NCBI GenBank assembly: GCA_964484145.1 | Contig: CAZAED010000001.1 | Span: 20,790-83,161 of the forward strand | Origin: an uncultured Candidatus Saccharibacteria bacterium | GTDB lineage: Bacteria; Patescibacteriota; Doudnabacteria; UBA920 | DNA length: 62,372 bases | Direction: 5' to 3' | Shown here: one piece after another, positions 1 through 7,427 of the stretch | How positions within the stretch are numbered: position 1 is the stretch's first letter | How the letters are laid out: each line of letters begins with the position of its first letter | Notes under the pieces: generated by a model | The model's database searches: none | What the model was told of the DNA's origin: nothing | What the model saw: the letters and a program-made list of their open reading frames with translations, nothing else | Made by a program: the position numbers and the translations under genes

Positions 1-60
1 TAAACCTATATTTACTCCTCGGCTCGCTAGTTAATAAATTAACAGCTCGCTCTACGACGT

Positions 61-106
61 AAATAAAAATAAAAGGGCAGGGCGCGTTTTTTTCCGCGCC
101 CTGCCC
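61..106 (-). terminator. Rho-independent terminator after the 121..765 gene
   Basis: 12-bp stem gggcagggcgcg (75-86) / cgcgccctgccc (95-106). On the minus strand it is followed by a T-rich tract (61-74). Confidence 0.7.
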
Positions 107-120
107 ACTTCGCCCTTCGA

Positions 121-765
121 CTAGACCTTCCAATTTTGCCACTCAGGAAATAACTCAAAATTGTATTCCAAGACGCGTGTGCAAAGTTCGCGGAAAGAAA
201 TATCTTGAGCGTTCGGGCAGAACATGCAGCGACCCGCAAAACCCACGTATACCAGACCATCGCCGCCGACAGGGCTTACAATGATCTCTCCACCGTCCGC
301 GGCAACCTGGGCAAGTGAATGCATCTGTACCTTACGATACATTTGCTGGCTATCGCCGCGACACATTTCACCAAATTCCTTGATAACCGCGAAGCCTTCG
401 TTTTCCTCCGGGCCGCCTTCCGGGCATTCGCCCCCGCCGAACCTAAGGTTGTAACGGAAAGACCCGGGAAAAACATCGGTCACGTTGTCTCTCGCGCCAC
501 CGAACCGACCACTGGTTGTGCGGAACCAGTATTGGTGGAATAGGCCTCCAATACCCATTCCCAATTCTTTCCACGCACGGGGTGCATGACTTGCGTCCTT
601 ACTACGTCCCCATGGAAACGGGTAGCCAAGATTGGCAATCATAAACTCTTCGGGTGTTGCAATGCGCCAGCCAGGCTTCAATTCCGCCACGGGGTGGCGA
701 AATATGGCCTTGTTCCCGGGTGGAAGCAAAATCCAATTTACTGGGTCAGCGTAGTCGAAAAACAT
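121..765 (-). CDS. Hypothetical protein with C-terminal NifU/Nfu-like domain (GC-rich gene)
   Basis: The C-terminus ADGGEIIVSPVGGDGLVYVGFAGRCMFCPNAQ matches the Nfu CxxC scaffold pattern; the N-terminal ~140 aa are unrecognised. I moved the start to the ATG at 765, which is preceded by ggagga plus 3 nt; the track's start at 804 is TTG. GC and codon usage differ from neighbours. Confidence 0.6.
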   Translation of the reverse strand: MFFDYADPVNWILLPPGNKAIFRHPVAELKPGWRIATPEEFMIANLGYPFPWGRSKDASHAPRAWKELGMGIGGLFHQYWFRTTSGRFGGARDNVTDVFPGSFRYNLRFGGGECPEGGPEENEGFAVIKEFGEMCRGDSQQMYRKVQMHSLAQVAADGGEIIVSPVGGDGLVYVGFAGRCMFCPNAQDISFRELCTRVLEYNFELFPEWQNWKV

Positions 766-868
766 AAATCCTCCAAACGTTGTATTACTCCGACATATTG
801 TCAAAGCAATTGATTATAAGTCTATTTCTGTTTATAATATAGACTGTCGTATAATACCGACAACACTT

Positions 869-1687
869 ATGTTAGAAAATACGCTTAAATCCCTTAATTT
901 TGACGAAGATGACATAAAAACCTATCTCTTACTTTTAGAGACAGGGGCTATTACAGCCGGGCTTTTGGCTAAAAAAATTGGGGCTCCCAGGGCAAGTGTT
1001 TACGGCTATTTTGAACGTTTAAAAAAACGTGGGCTTGTAAACGAATCTTTAAAATTTAAAACCAAACTGTTTGTAGCCGAAGCGCCGGAAAAAATAAATT
1101 TGCTATTTAACCAACAAAAAGAGCTTTTAGAAAAAAGCCAAAAAGAATTTACCGCCATACTGCCGACCCTAAAAACCGCGGGTGAAAAATTTTTAAGCCC
1201 CAAATTTCAAATCTTTGAAAACGCCGAAGGGCTTAAGCAGGCGTTAAAAGATATGCTGCTCTACTACAATTTAGAAACTTACGCTTTTTGGCCGCAAAGA
1301 AAGATGGTGGAAGTTTTGTCCGGCGACTTTTTTAGGTACCACAACAAGGAACGGATTAAAAATAACCTGTCAGTAAAAGCCATTTGGCCGGAAAACCAAA
1401 CCGTGGAAATAAAAAATCACCCATACTTTGGCAGCGGCAAGGAATTTAAAAGAGAAATCCGTATTGCACCCAAAGAAACAGACTTTACTATGGGCTATTG
1501 GATATACGGCAATAAAACCGTATTTATTTCCTCACAAAAAGAAAGCTTTGGCTTTATTTTAGAAAGCGCGGAATTCGCGCAAATGCTAAAAGCCCAGTTT
1601 AATGTTATGTGGCAAATTTCCAAAACCTTAATAATCAATCCGGCCGATGTAAAAGACTTTGTAAACGAATTAGCAAAAGCGGGGTAA
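869..1687 (+). CDS. TrmB-family HTH transcriptional regulator (paralogue 1 of 3)
   Basis: N-terminal winged-helix pattern L..LNF.EDDIKTYLLLLETG.ITAGLLAKKIG.PRASVYGYFERLKKRGLV. Similar length and architecture to 10209..10952 and 45684..46454. Confidence 0.8.
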   Translation: MLENTLKSLNFDEDDIKTYLLLLETGAITAGLLAKKIGAPRASVYGYFERLKKRGLVNESLKFKTKLFVAEAPEKINLLFNQQKELLEKSQKEFTAILPTLKTAGEKFLSPKFQIFENAEGLKQALKDMLLYYNLETYAFWPQRKMVEVLSGDFFRYHNKERIKNNLSVKAIWPENQTVEIKNHPYFGSGKEFKREIRIAPKETDFTMGYWIYGNKTVFISSQKESFGFILESAEFAQMLKAQFNVMWQISKTLIINPADVKDFVNELAKAG

Positions 1688-1729
1688 ATATCGTATAATA
1701 AAAACAAGAAAAAATCTGTTGAAACAAAA

Positions 1730-2065
1730 ATGAACTCTTTCCCTTTAAATATTCTCACCTTTCCTATTTGGTGGTATAGTGTGGGGTTAAAAATTGCCTT
1801 AACCAACGCCCGCCAAAATTTTGGCTATGGCATAAAAAAAACCGGCATTGTTTTATTTGCCCGCCATTTAGGCGAACCACTTTATGGCGACTACACACGC
1901 GCTGGAAGAATAATTAGTTTTTTTCTGCGTGTGTTGTTAATTATTTTTAAAGCATTAATGATTTGCTTAAGAGCGTTAATAATTCTGGTTGCCCTAATTA
2001 TATATTTACTAATTCTCCCCGCTCTAATAATTCTACTTATTTGGCAATTCCTCCCAACCAAGTAA
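1730..2065 (+). CDS. Small hydrophobic membrane protein, unknown function
   Basis: ATG start; the C-terminal half is a long hydrophobic stretch (LLIIFKALMICLRALIILVALIIYLLILPALIILLIW). Confidence 0.5.
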   Translation: MNSFPLNILTFPIWWYSVGLKIALTNARQNFGYGIKKTGIVLFARHLGEPLYGDYTRAGRIISFFLRVLLIIFKALMICLRALIILVALIIYLLILPALIILLIWQFLPTK

Positions 2066-2108
2066 TCTTGTCAATCTTTTAATTCTTTTAAATCTTGTCA
2101 TTCCTACC
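2064..2108 (+). repeat. Leader element of the 'cttgtcat / ttaaatctt' family, abutting the ATG at 2109
   Basis: aatcttgtcaatcttttaattcttttaaatcttgtcattcctacc. The same words recur at 5758-5838, 43795-43840 and 52707-52808. Confidence 0.8.
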
Positions 2109-4721
2109 ATGCCTCTATCTTTCTCAAAATCTACTTCCCCCTGGGGACTTTCCGCCGCCACCGAAGGCCTGTCTTTAATTTTCTCCGGAGAATATAGCTT
2201 AAGTAGTGTAAAAGAATTTGAACAAGATTTTCGCATAAAAAAATACTGGAAAATTGGTTCCTGGCTTTTAATATCTATAGGTATTTTGTGTTTAGTTTTT
2301 CAAATTTGGCTAAGCTACACATCTCAAAATTGGCTCTTTCTATTTAAACACGAAATACTCAATGTACCAATAATATTAAGCCTTTTAACCGGACTCTACT
2401 TATGGGCCCAAAACAAAGAACAAGAAATAGCACAGGCGGCTTTAAATATTTTTTTCTTAAATCAAGATTGGCACGGAAATATAAACAAAAGCCCAAATGA
2501 GGCCGATGTTTTTAAACTACTAAGCCCCTTTGCAAAGGTGGCTTGGCAAGCTGCTGTAAAAACCAGTTTAGAAAAAAACTTTAAAAATCTTTCACTAAAT
2601 GAACTTTTAATTTCTCTTCTTGAAACTTCGGACGTTTCGGAAGCCTGCTTCCGTTTAGGCATAAACTCTGCGGATTTAAAAAAGTTTCTTGTAAACAACC
2701 CCGCGGAACTACCCCCTAATGACGAAATTTTAAAACTTCCCTTCCTAGCTTTCGAAGCCGCTCAATCTCTACATAACAAAAGTGTAGACCCTCTTATGCT
2801 TTTTTGCGCAGCGGTTAAAATGGTCGGAGAAAATTCTTCTTTAGGAAAATTAATGGTAAAACTAGACATTTCGCAAGAAAAACTAGAGACCGTTGCAGCT
2901 TGGATTTTTAATATAAAAATTTTAAGAGATGACCTAAGGCTCTTTAAAAAACTTTCAAGCCTAAAACCTTTAGGCAATATGAACATTGGCCTAACGGCAG
3001 TCCCCACTCCCCACTTAGACCGCTTTACTACAGACCTAAGTCTTAATGCCCGCTTTGGAAGGCTCCCCTTAGCGTTAGGAAGGCATGAAGATTTTGAAGA
3101 AATTTTCCAATTATTTTCTGAAAATAGCCGCCAAATTTTAGTTAAAGGTGAAGTGGGCACCGGCCGCAGCACTCTAATAAACGAGCTAGCTTTTAAAATG
3201 GCAACCGAACAAGTGCCAAAAACCCTGCAAGACAAAAGGCTTCTAAAACTAGAAATTTCCGGCATTTTGGGCGCGCAAGGTAAAAGCGAAAATTCTTTAG
3301 AAAGCGCGCTAAACGAAGCAGCCAATTCTGGCAACATAGTTTTAGTAATAGAAGACATAGAACAGCTGGCAAAAGCCCGCTCTGCTTCCGGACTTAACCT
3401 GTTAGAAATTTTAGTTAATTTTTTACAAAACACTTCCTTGCAGGTTATTGCCACCTGCGACCTTAATGCTTACGTTGATTTTCTCCAAAAAACCCCGAAC
3501 TTTACTCAAGTCTTTGCGGAATACGAACTAAAACAACTTTCTTCCCAACAAATTACGCTAGCGACTTGCATTAAAGCTAGCCTACTTGAACATAAACATA
3601 ATTGCCTATTTTTATTCCAAAGCATAGAACGTAGTATAGAACTTACCAACGAACTAGTTTTTGGCCTAGGTCAGCCGCAAAAAGCTATACAACTTTTAAG
3701 CGAAACCGCGGCAAAAATAAAATCCACATCAAATGAACCCAGAATTATAGACCAAAGCGATATTGAAAATAGCATTAGCCAAAAAACCCACATCCCAGAA
3801 GGCGCGGTTACCGGCAAAGAAGCGGACAAACTCCTAAACTTAGAAAAGGTTTTATCGGAAAGTATAGTCGGCCAAAAACCTGCAATAAAGGCTGTATGTG
3901 AAGCTTTGCGGCGTACCCGCTCGGGACTTACGTCGGGCACTCGCCCACTTGCCTCGTTTTTGTTTTTAGGCCCCACCGGCGTGGGTAAAACAGAAATTGC
4001 TAAAACTTTGGCCAAAGAGTACTTCGGGAAAGAAGAATTCCTCTTACGTTTAGATATGTCGGAATTCTCAGGCTTTGATGGAATGATAAAGCTCCTTGGC
4101 CAAAAAGGAGACCTAGCAGACCCTCCGCTTATTAAACATTTAAAAAATTACCCTTACTGTCTTTTACTGTTAGATGAATTTGAAAAAGCCGCGCCGCAAA
4201 TTCATAATTTGTTTTTGCAAGTCTTAGACGACGGAAGGCTTACTACTTCAAGGGGCGAACTACTAGACATGAGCCATGCCTTAATTATTGCCACCTCAAA
4301 TGCCGGCACCAAAGACATACAGGAAGGCATAAAAGCCGGCGAAACTTTAGACAAAATTAAATCTAGGTTGTTTGAATCTGTTTTACTTAAAATTTTTCCG
4401 CCTGAACTTTTAAACCGATTTGATTCTGCTATTGTTTTTAGCCCGCTCACACCTTCAGACGTTGCTCAAATTGTAGGCCTGCAGCTTAAAATTTTGCAAA
4501 AAAAATTAACCGGCAAAGGCATTACCCTGGCTTTCTCAAATAATGTTGTAGAGCATATTGCCAAAAACGCTTTTGACCCAAGCATGGGCGGCCGCCCGGT
4601 AAGGCGCTATATTCAAGACCATATAGAAAGCTTTATTGCTGAACTTTTGCTTTCAAAAAAAATCGGCCGCGGCTTTAAAGGCCTGGTCGATATAAAAAAT
4701 AACGAGCTGATTATTTCTTAA
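2109..4721 (+). CDS. Clp/Hsp100-family AAA+ ATPase: N-terminal TM helices, Clp_N-like repeats, degenerate NBD1, intact NBD2
   Basis: NBD2 has GPTGVGKTEIAKTLA, LLLLDEFEKA, ATSNAG and GGRPVRRYI. NBD1 P-loop is GEVGTGRST (Lys replaced by Arg, 3147-3173). Hydrophobic helices WLLISIGILCLVFQIWL and VPIILSLLTGLYLWA precede the Clp_N-like repeats. Confidence 0.8.
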   Translation: MPLSFSKSTSPWGLSAATEGLSLIFSGEYSLSSVKEFEQDFRIKKYWKIGSWLLISIGILCLVFQIWLSYTSQNWLFLFKHEILNVPIILSLLTGLYLWAQNKEQEIAQAALNIFFLNQDWHGNINKSPNEADVFKLLSPFAKVAWQAAVKTSLEKNFKNLSLNELLISLLETSDVSEACFRLGINSADLKKFLVNNPAELPPNDEILKLPFLAFEAAQSLHNKSVDPLMLFCAAVKMVGENSSLGKLMVKLDISQEKLETVAAWIFNIKILRDDLRLFKKLSSLKPLGNMNIGLTAVPTPHLDRFTTDLSLNARFGRLPLALGRHEDFEEIFQLFSENSRQILVKGEVGTGRSTLINELAFKMATEQVPKTLQDKRLLKLEISGILGAQGKSENSLESALNEAANSGNIVLVIEDIEQLAKARSASGLNLLEILVNFLQNTSLQVIATCDLNAYVDFLQKTPNFTQVFAEYELKQLSSQQITLATCIKASLLEHKHNCLFLFQSIERSIELTNELVFGLGQPQKAIQLLSETAAKIKSTSNEPRIIDQSDIENSISQKTHIPEGAVTGKEADKLLNLEKVLSESIVGQKPAIKAVCEALRRTRSGLTSGTRPLASFLFLGPTGVGKTEIAKTLAKEYFGKEEFLLRLDMSEFSGFDGMIKLLGQKGDLADPPLIKHLKNYPYCLLLLDEFEKAAPQIHNLFLQVLDDGRLTTSRGELLDMSHALIIATSNAGTKDIQEGIKAGETLDKIKSRLFESVLLKIFPPELLNRFDSAIVFSPLTPSDVAQIVGLQLKILQKKLTGKGITLAFSNNVVEHIAKNAFDPSMGGRPVRRYIQDHIESFIAELLLSKKIGRGFKGLVDIKNNELIIS

Positions 4722-5748
4722 GCCTATTTAACCACCGTAAAAATTTATAAACCTTATACCACGCCGGACGTATTATTACATCATACGCTCCGGCGTATTG
4801 TTTTATAGAGCTTTCCACTGTTGTAAAACCAAGTTTAAAACGCACAAACCCCGGCGTGTCCCCGCTTGATGTTTCTATGCCCCAAAAATCATAGTTACTT
4901 AATCCCAAATTCTTGGCATCTAACATGGCGCGGTAATGCAAAAGGTACGGTGCCATAATATTTTTATGTTCATCCGAAGAACCGCCAAATAAGTAGGTGC
5001 GAGTTTTTCCGTAGTCTATTATTATTGCACTGGCTAGAAGTTGTTTGTTGTAAAGCGCCTTGTATACATGCAGTTTTAAATCGCCCTGCGGATTTTGAAT
5101 TGCAAAGTAACTAATTAATTTTTCAAAATAGTCCGGGTTTTGCGCTTTAAAGCCCTGCCTCTGGGAAGTTTTCGCAATTAATTCTACCGCCTCTTTAGCC
5201 AAAAGCCCTTTGCCGTTTACTAAATGAAATTCGTCTTTAATTTCTACGCCATGCTTTTGTGCTAAGCGAATATTGTAACGCGTTTTATGATGCATCTCGG
5301 TCAAAAGATCTTCTTCACTTTTCGCCAAATCTATAATTAGAGTCCTGCCTGGTTGTATGTTCTTGGTTTTAGTAAGTAGTTGGTAGTTAGTAGTTGGTAG
5401 CAAGAAAGAATTTTTCGGTTCAATACGTATAAAAACCGCCTCTCCGAATTTCCTTTCCAACTCTTGCGTTAACAATCTTAAATCTTCAATCTTAAATCTT
5501 ACATCTATTACTGGTCCATACGGACAATATAAATAATACTTCCCCATAGGCAAACTCGTCTTAATAAGATGTAAGGATCCTATGCGCTGCCCCCCAATAT
5601 CCAATATCCAATATCGTAATATCTTTCTCCCAAGAGTCTCCTGCCAACTTCCCCAGTCATAACCTTGCAAAAAAGAACCCGTCTCATTTTCAATAACGAA
5701 ACGGTTATAAATATCTTTTTCTGATTGTTTTACTTCTACTAATTGCAT
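4711..5748 (-). CDS. FemAB/FemX-family peptidoglycan aminoacyltransferase
   Basis: SFLQGYDWGSWQ near the N-terminus and YLLHYRAMLDAKNLGLSNYDFWGI near the C-terminus are typical FemAB patterns. Convergent 11-nt overlap with the Clp-like gene. Confidence 0.8.
   Translation of the reverse strand: MQLVEVKQSEKDIYNRFVIENETGSFLQGYDWGSWQETLGRKILRYWILDIGGQRIGSLHLIKTSLPMGKYYLYCPYGPVIDVRFKIEDLRLLTQELERKFGEAVFIRIEPKNSFLLPTTNYQLLTKTKNIQPGRTLIIDLAKSEEDLLTEMHHKTRYNIRLAQKHGVEIKDEFHLVNGKGLLAKEAVELIAKTSQRQGFKAQNPDYFEKLISYFAIQNPQGDLKLHVYKALYNKQLLASAIIIDYGKTRTYLFGGSSDEHKNIMAPYLLHYRAMLDAKNLGLSNYDFWGIETSSGDTPGFVRFKLGFTTVESSIKQYAGAYDVIIRPAWYKVYKFLRWLNRLKK
5371..5404. repeat. Degenerate heptamer array (agtagtt/ggtagtt) inside the FemX-like CDS
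   Basis: agtaagtagttggtagttagtagttggtagcaag. It is the reverse complement of the ctaccaa array at 53570-53604 and is translated as LLPTTNYQLLTKTK. Confidence 0.85.
5474..5508. repeat. Degenerate heptamer array (aatctta x5) inside the FemX-like CDS
   Basis: aatctta aatcttc aatctta aatctta catctat. Same family as 14834-14861, 17501-17535 and 37975-38002. Confidence 0.9.
5594..5622. repeat. Heptamer array (ccaatat x3 plus cgtaatat) inside the FemX-like CDS
   Basis: ccaatatccaatatccaatatcgtaatat. Same family as 19027-19054 and 39655-39689. Confidence 0.9.
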
Positions 5749-5757
5749 AAATATAAA

Positions 5758-5838
5758 ATTGACAAGATTGACACCATTTAAAAGATTTCTATAACCCCAA
5801 TCTTGTCATTCTTGCTCATTCATTTAAATCTTGTCAAT
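5758..5838. repeat. Inverted-repeat element of the 'cttgtcat' family between ruvA and the FemX-like start
   Basis: attgacaagatt (5758-5769) is the exact reverse complement of aatcttgtcaat (5827-5838). The interior holds cttgtcattcttgctcattcatttaaatctt. Confidence 0.85.
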
Positions 5839-5842
5839 CGAT

Positions 5843-6397
5843 TTATTTTCCCAATAATTTTAACGCTTGTTTTATTTGCTCCCCTGTCTTTTGTGATGAA
5901 TCTAATTTGTTAATAATGCTTCTAACCTCATTTTGTTTATAACCTAAAGCAATAAGCGCATCGAATACCTCCGAGCCTCCCCCTGTTACTCGTAACCCAT
6001 CACCCGTCACTTTTCCTTTCAGTTCAACTATTATTTTCTCCGCGGTTTTTGTTCCAACGCCAGAAATGCGCGTAAAAATCCCTGCATCTTGGTTTGCAAT
6101 TGCGCTCTTTACCGCATCTACTCTTGCTGATGATAGTATAGCTAAAGCCACTTTCGGTCCTACCCCAGAAACTGTAATAAGCATTTCAAAAAACTGCAAA
6201 GTGTTAAAGTCAGGAAGTCCAAACAAACTTTGTCCGTCTTCGGATACTTTGTGATATATGTATAATTTTATTTCATCACCAACTCTATTTTCCAAAACTT
6301 CCGGCGTTACAAAAACCTTATATCCCACACCTTGATTTTCGAGGATTATAAAATTAGTTGCCTTCTCTAAAATTTTTCCTTGTAAATACGCAATCAT
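5843..6397 (-). CDS. ruvA: Holliday junction branch migration complex subunit RuvA
   Basis: MIAYLQGKI...GVGYKVFV N-terminus, HhH region (ISGVGPKVALAILS, ISGVGTKTAEKII) and a C-terminal domain III-like tail. Confidence 0.9.
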   Translation of the reverse strand: MIAYLQGKILEKATNFIILENQGVGYKVFVTPEVLENRVGDEIKLYIYHKVSEDGQSLFGLPDFNTLQFFEMLITVSGVGPKVALAILSSARVDAVKSAIANQDAGIFTRISGVGTKTAEKIIVELKGKVTGDGLRVTGGGSEVFDALIALGYKQNEVRSIINKLDSSQKTGEQIKQALKLLGK

Positions 6398-6526
6398 AAG
6401 TACGGAATTTTAATTAATACACTACATATGCCTACAAAAATTCTGTAGTTTTTTATTATGGATTTTTATTCTTAATTCATAATTCTTACCTCTTCACTTA
6501 TTTCATTCTACCACCTCCCAAAGCCA

Positions 6527-6555
6527 TTGACAAAAAGCATAAAAAAGTGTAGATT
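6527..6555 (+). promoter_or_regulatory. Sigma70-type promoter for the GC-rich non-coding region
   Basis: TTGACA (6527-6532), exact 17-nt spacer, TAGATT (6550-6555). Confidence 0.5.
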
Positions 6556-6561
6556 TTCACT

Positions 6562-7200
6562 ATCCTCCGAGAGCGGGCAGTCGGGAGAATAAACCCGTAA
6601 AGGTCATGCCAAAAGACCCTGCCCGTTATATAAGGTAATCAATCGGCGAGGATCGTTCCCCTCTAGGGGATAAGATCGCCCTAAAAGGCTGTAGAGCGAA
6701 AGCTCGCCTCGCCACATAGTCTTCTCCCGCCCCGCAGCATACGGCTCACATCAAAGCCTCGTCGTTTAAAGCCGAAAAGATGGTCGGGAAGTACCCGCCG
6801 CGGCTAAAAGTTATGCCGGAGTAAACGTCCTCAGGGAGAGAGGCGTTGCAGGGGTTTGGCAGACCCCGCTCTGGCTACCAGTTTCAGGCAACGGCTTTCC
6901 TCACGGAAAGCTCTCCTCGCAAGGTCGTTGCCTGAATAAGGCAGATGGGTTGGTTCGTGACCGCTTACTACGCATTTCACGTACGTTGCGGCCAACCCGT
7001 CTGTCCAAATTAAGGAGGAAAAAATTTTTTGCCGCTATGCGGCCATACAAGTGCTGCCATTTGGCAGTTAAACGGTTGAGCTTTTGCTCCCGGCTTGTAA
7101 ACAATATTTCCCTGTCGCTACCACCAAGCGACCAGGAGGGGCTCGGTGACCACCAAAGCCCCTCCTGCCTCCTCTTTTCCCACTTTATGTGGCTTTTTTT
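6562..7200 (+). ncRNA. Candidate large structured ncRNA (~640 nt), class not recognised
   Basis: GC-rich block in an AT-rich spacer with no ORF over 89 aa. Many long perfect helices: 6574-6580/6619-6625, 6645-6651/6707-6713, gagc-GAAA-gctc 6694-6705, 6885-6893/6926-6934, 6894-6900/6905-6911, 6942-6953/6992-7003. It ends with terminal hairpin 7133-7167 plus a T-run at about 7190-7200. Confidence 0.55.
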
Positions 7201-7245
7201 TATGGTGAAAAAATGTTAAAATAAAAATTGACGTTAAAAGGCAAA

Positions 7246-7290
7246 TATAAGTCGTATAAGACTTATAAGGCCTATCCGTCCTATTTGTCT
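7246..7290 (+). repeat. Degenerate 9-mer array (tataagtcg x5)
   Basis: tataagtcg tataagact tataaggcc tatccgtcc tatttgtct. It ends 11 nt before the pseudo-start at 7302. Confidence 0.85.
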
Positions 7291-7301
7291 AATTTTTCTT
7301 T

Positions 7302-7427
7302 ATGCAATTTAAACTTAAATCTAAATTCCAATCCGCCGTCGCTAAAGCTATGGCGGACCTAGTGCCATTACAAAATTACATAGCCATCGATCTGTATTTA
7401 TATGATAAAATTTGTATTAAAATCTAA
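7302..7427 (+). pseudogene. Decayed duplicate of the uvrB 5' end (short out-of-frame ORF)
   Basis: MQFKLKSKFQSA... (7302-) compared with the real N-terminus MIKFVLKSKFRPA (7402-). About 20 of 30 nt are identical over the aligned codons. The ORF runs into uvrB in another frame. Confidence 0.35.

Noticed and set aside
766-804. N-terminal extensions in the ORF track at 121..804, 11326.., 14804.., 16794, 20356, 25726, 39700, 43826, 52771 and 55350.
   Set aside because: The extensions start at non-ATG or upstream codons, are translated from repeat arrays or leaders, and are followed by an internal ATG that begins the conserved N-terminus (MPNTKSAIKA for S20, MINKEKYLLIDG for Pol I, and so on).
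2762-3454. 230-aa antisense ORF inside the Clp-like gene. Similar shadow ORFs occur at 3671..4015, 8814..9170, 11496..11747, 29724..30122 and 26389..26880, among others.
   Set aside because: They lie entirely within, and antisense or out of frame to, ORFs with clear family signatures. They have low-complexity or compositionally driven translations and no start signals.
5371-5622. Reading the short-period arrays (here and elsewhere) as CRISPR arrays.
   Set aside because: The units are 7-16 nt and directly adjacent, with no spacers. Arrays are only 28-48 nt long, many lie inside CDSs, and there are no cas genes in the window.
6400-6409. Third copy of the recF/rpmH leader element terminus (gtacggaatt) next to the ruvA start.
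   Set aside because: Only a 10-nt match, in the opposite orientation relative to the gene. This is within chance expectation for AT-rich DNA.
6562-7200. Assignment of the GC-rich non-coding block to RNase P RNA, tmRNA, SRP RNA or a group II intron.
   Set aside because: I found no GAGGAAAGUCCGGGC/ACAGAA...GGCUUA P4 halves and no GGGG...UUCGAC 5' end. There is no T-arm/ACCA 3' end with a plausible tag ORF, and no SRP GGAA/AGCA domain IV motif. The minus-strand gagccgtatg has no complementary domain V partner, and there is no RT ORF. This check was by eye only.
6901-7219. ORFs 6901..7104 (-) and 6950..7219 (+), plus an AAGGAGG at 7011-7017 followed by an ATG at 7036.
   Set aside because: The translations are short and arginine/cysteine-rich, typical of GC-rich non-coding sequence. 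The SD-to-ATG spacing is about 18 nt. The region is better explained by RNA helices.
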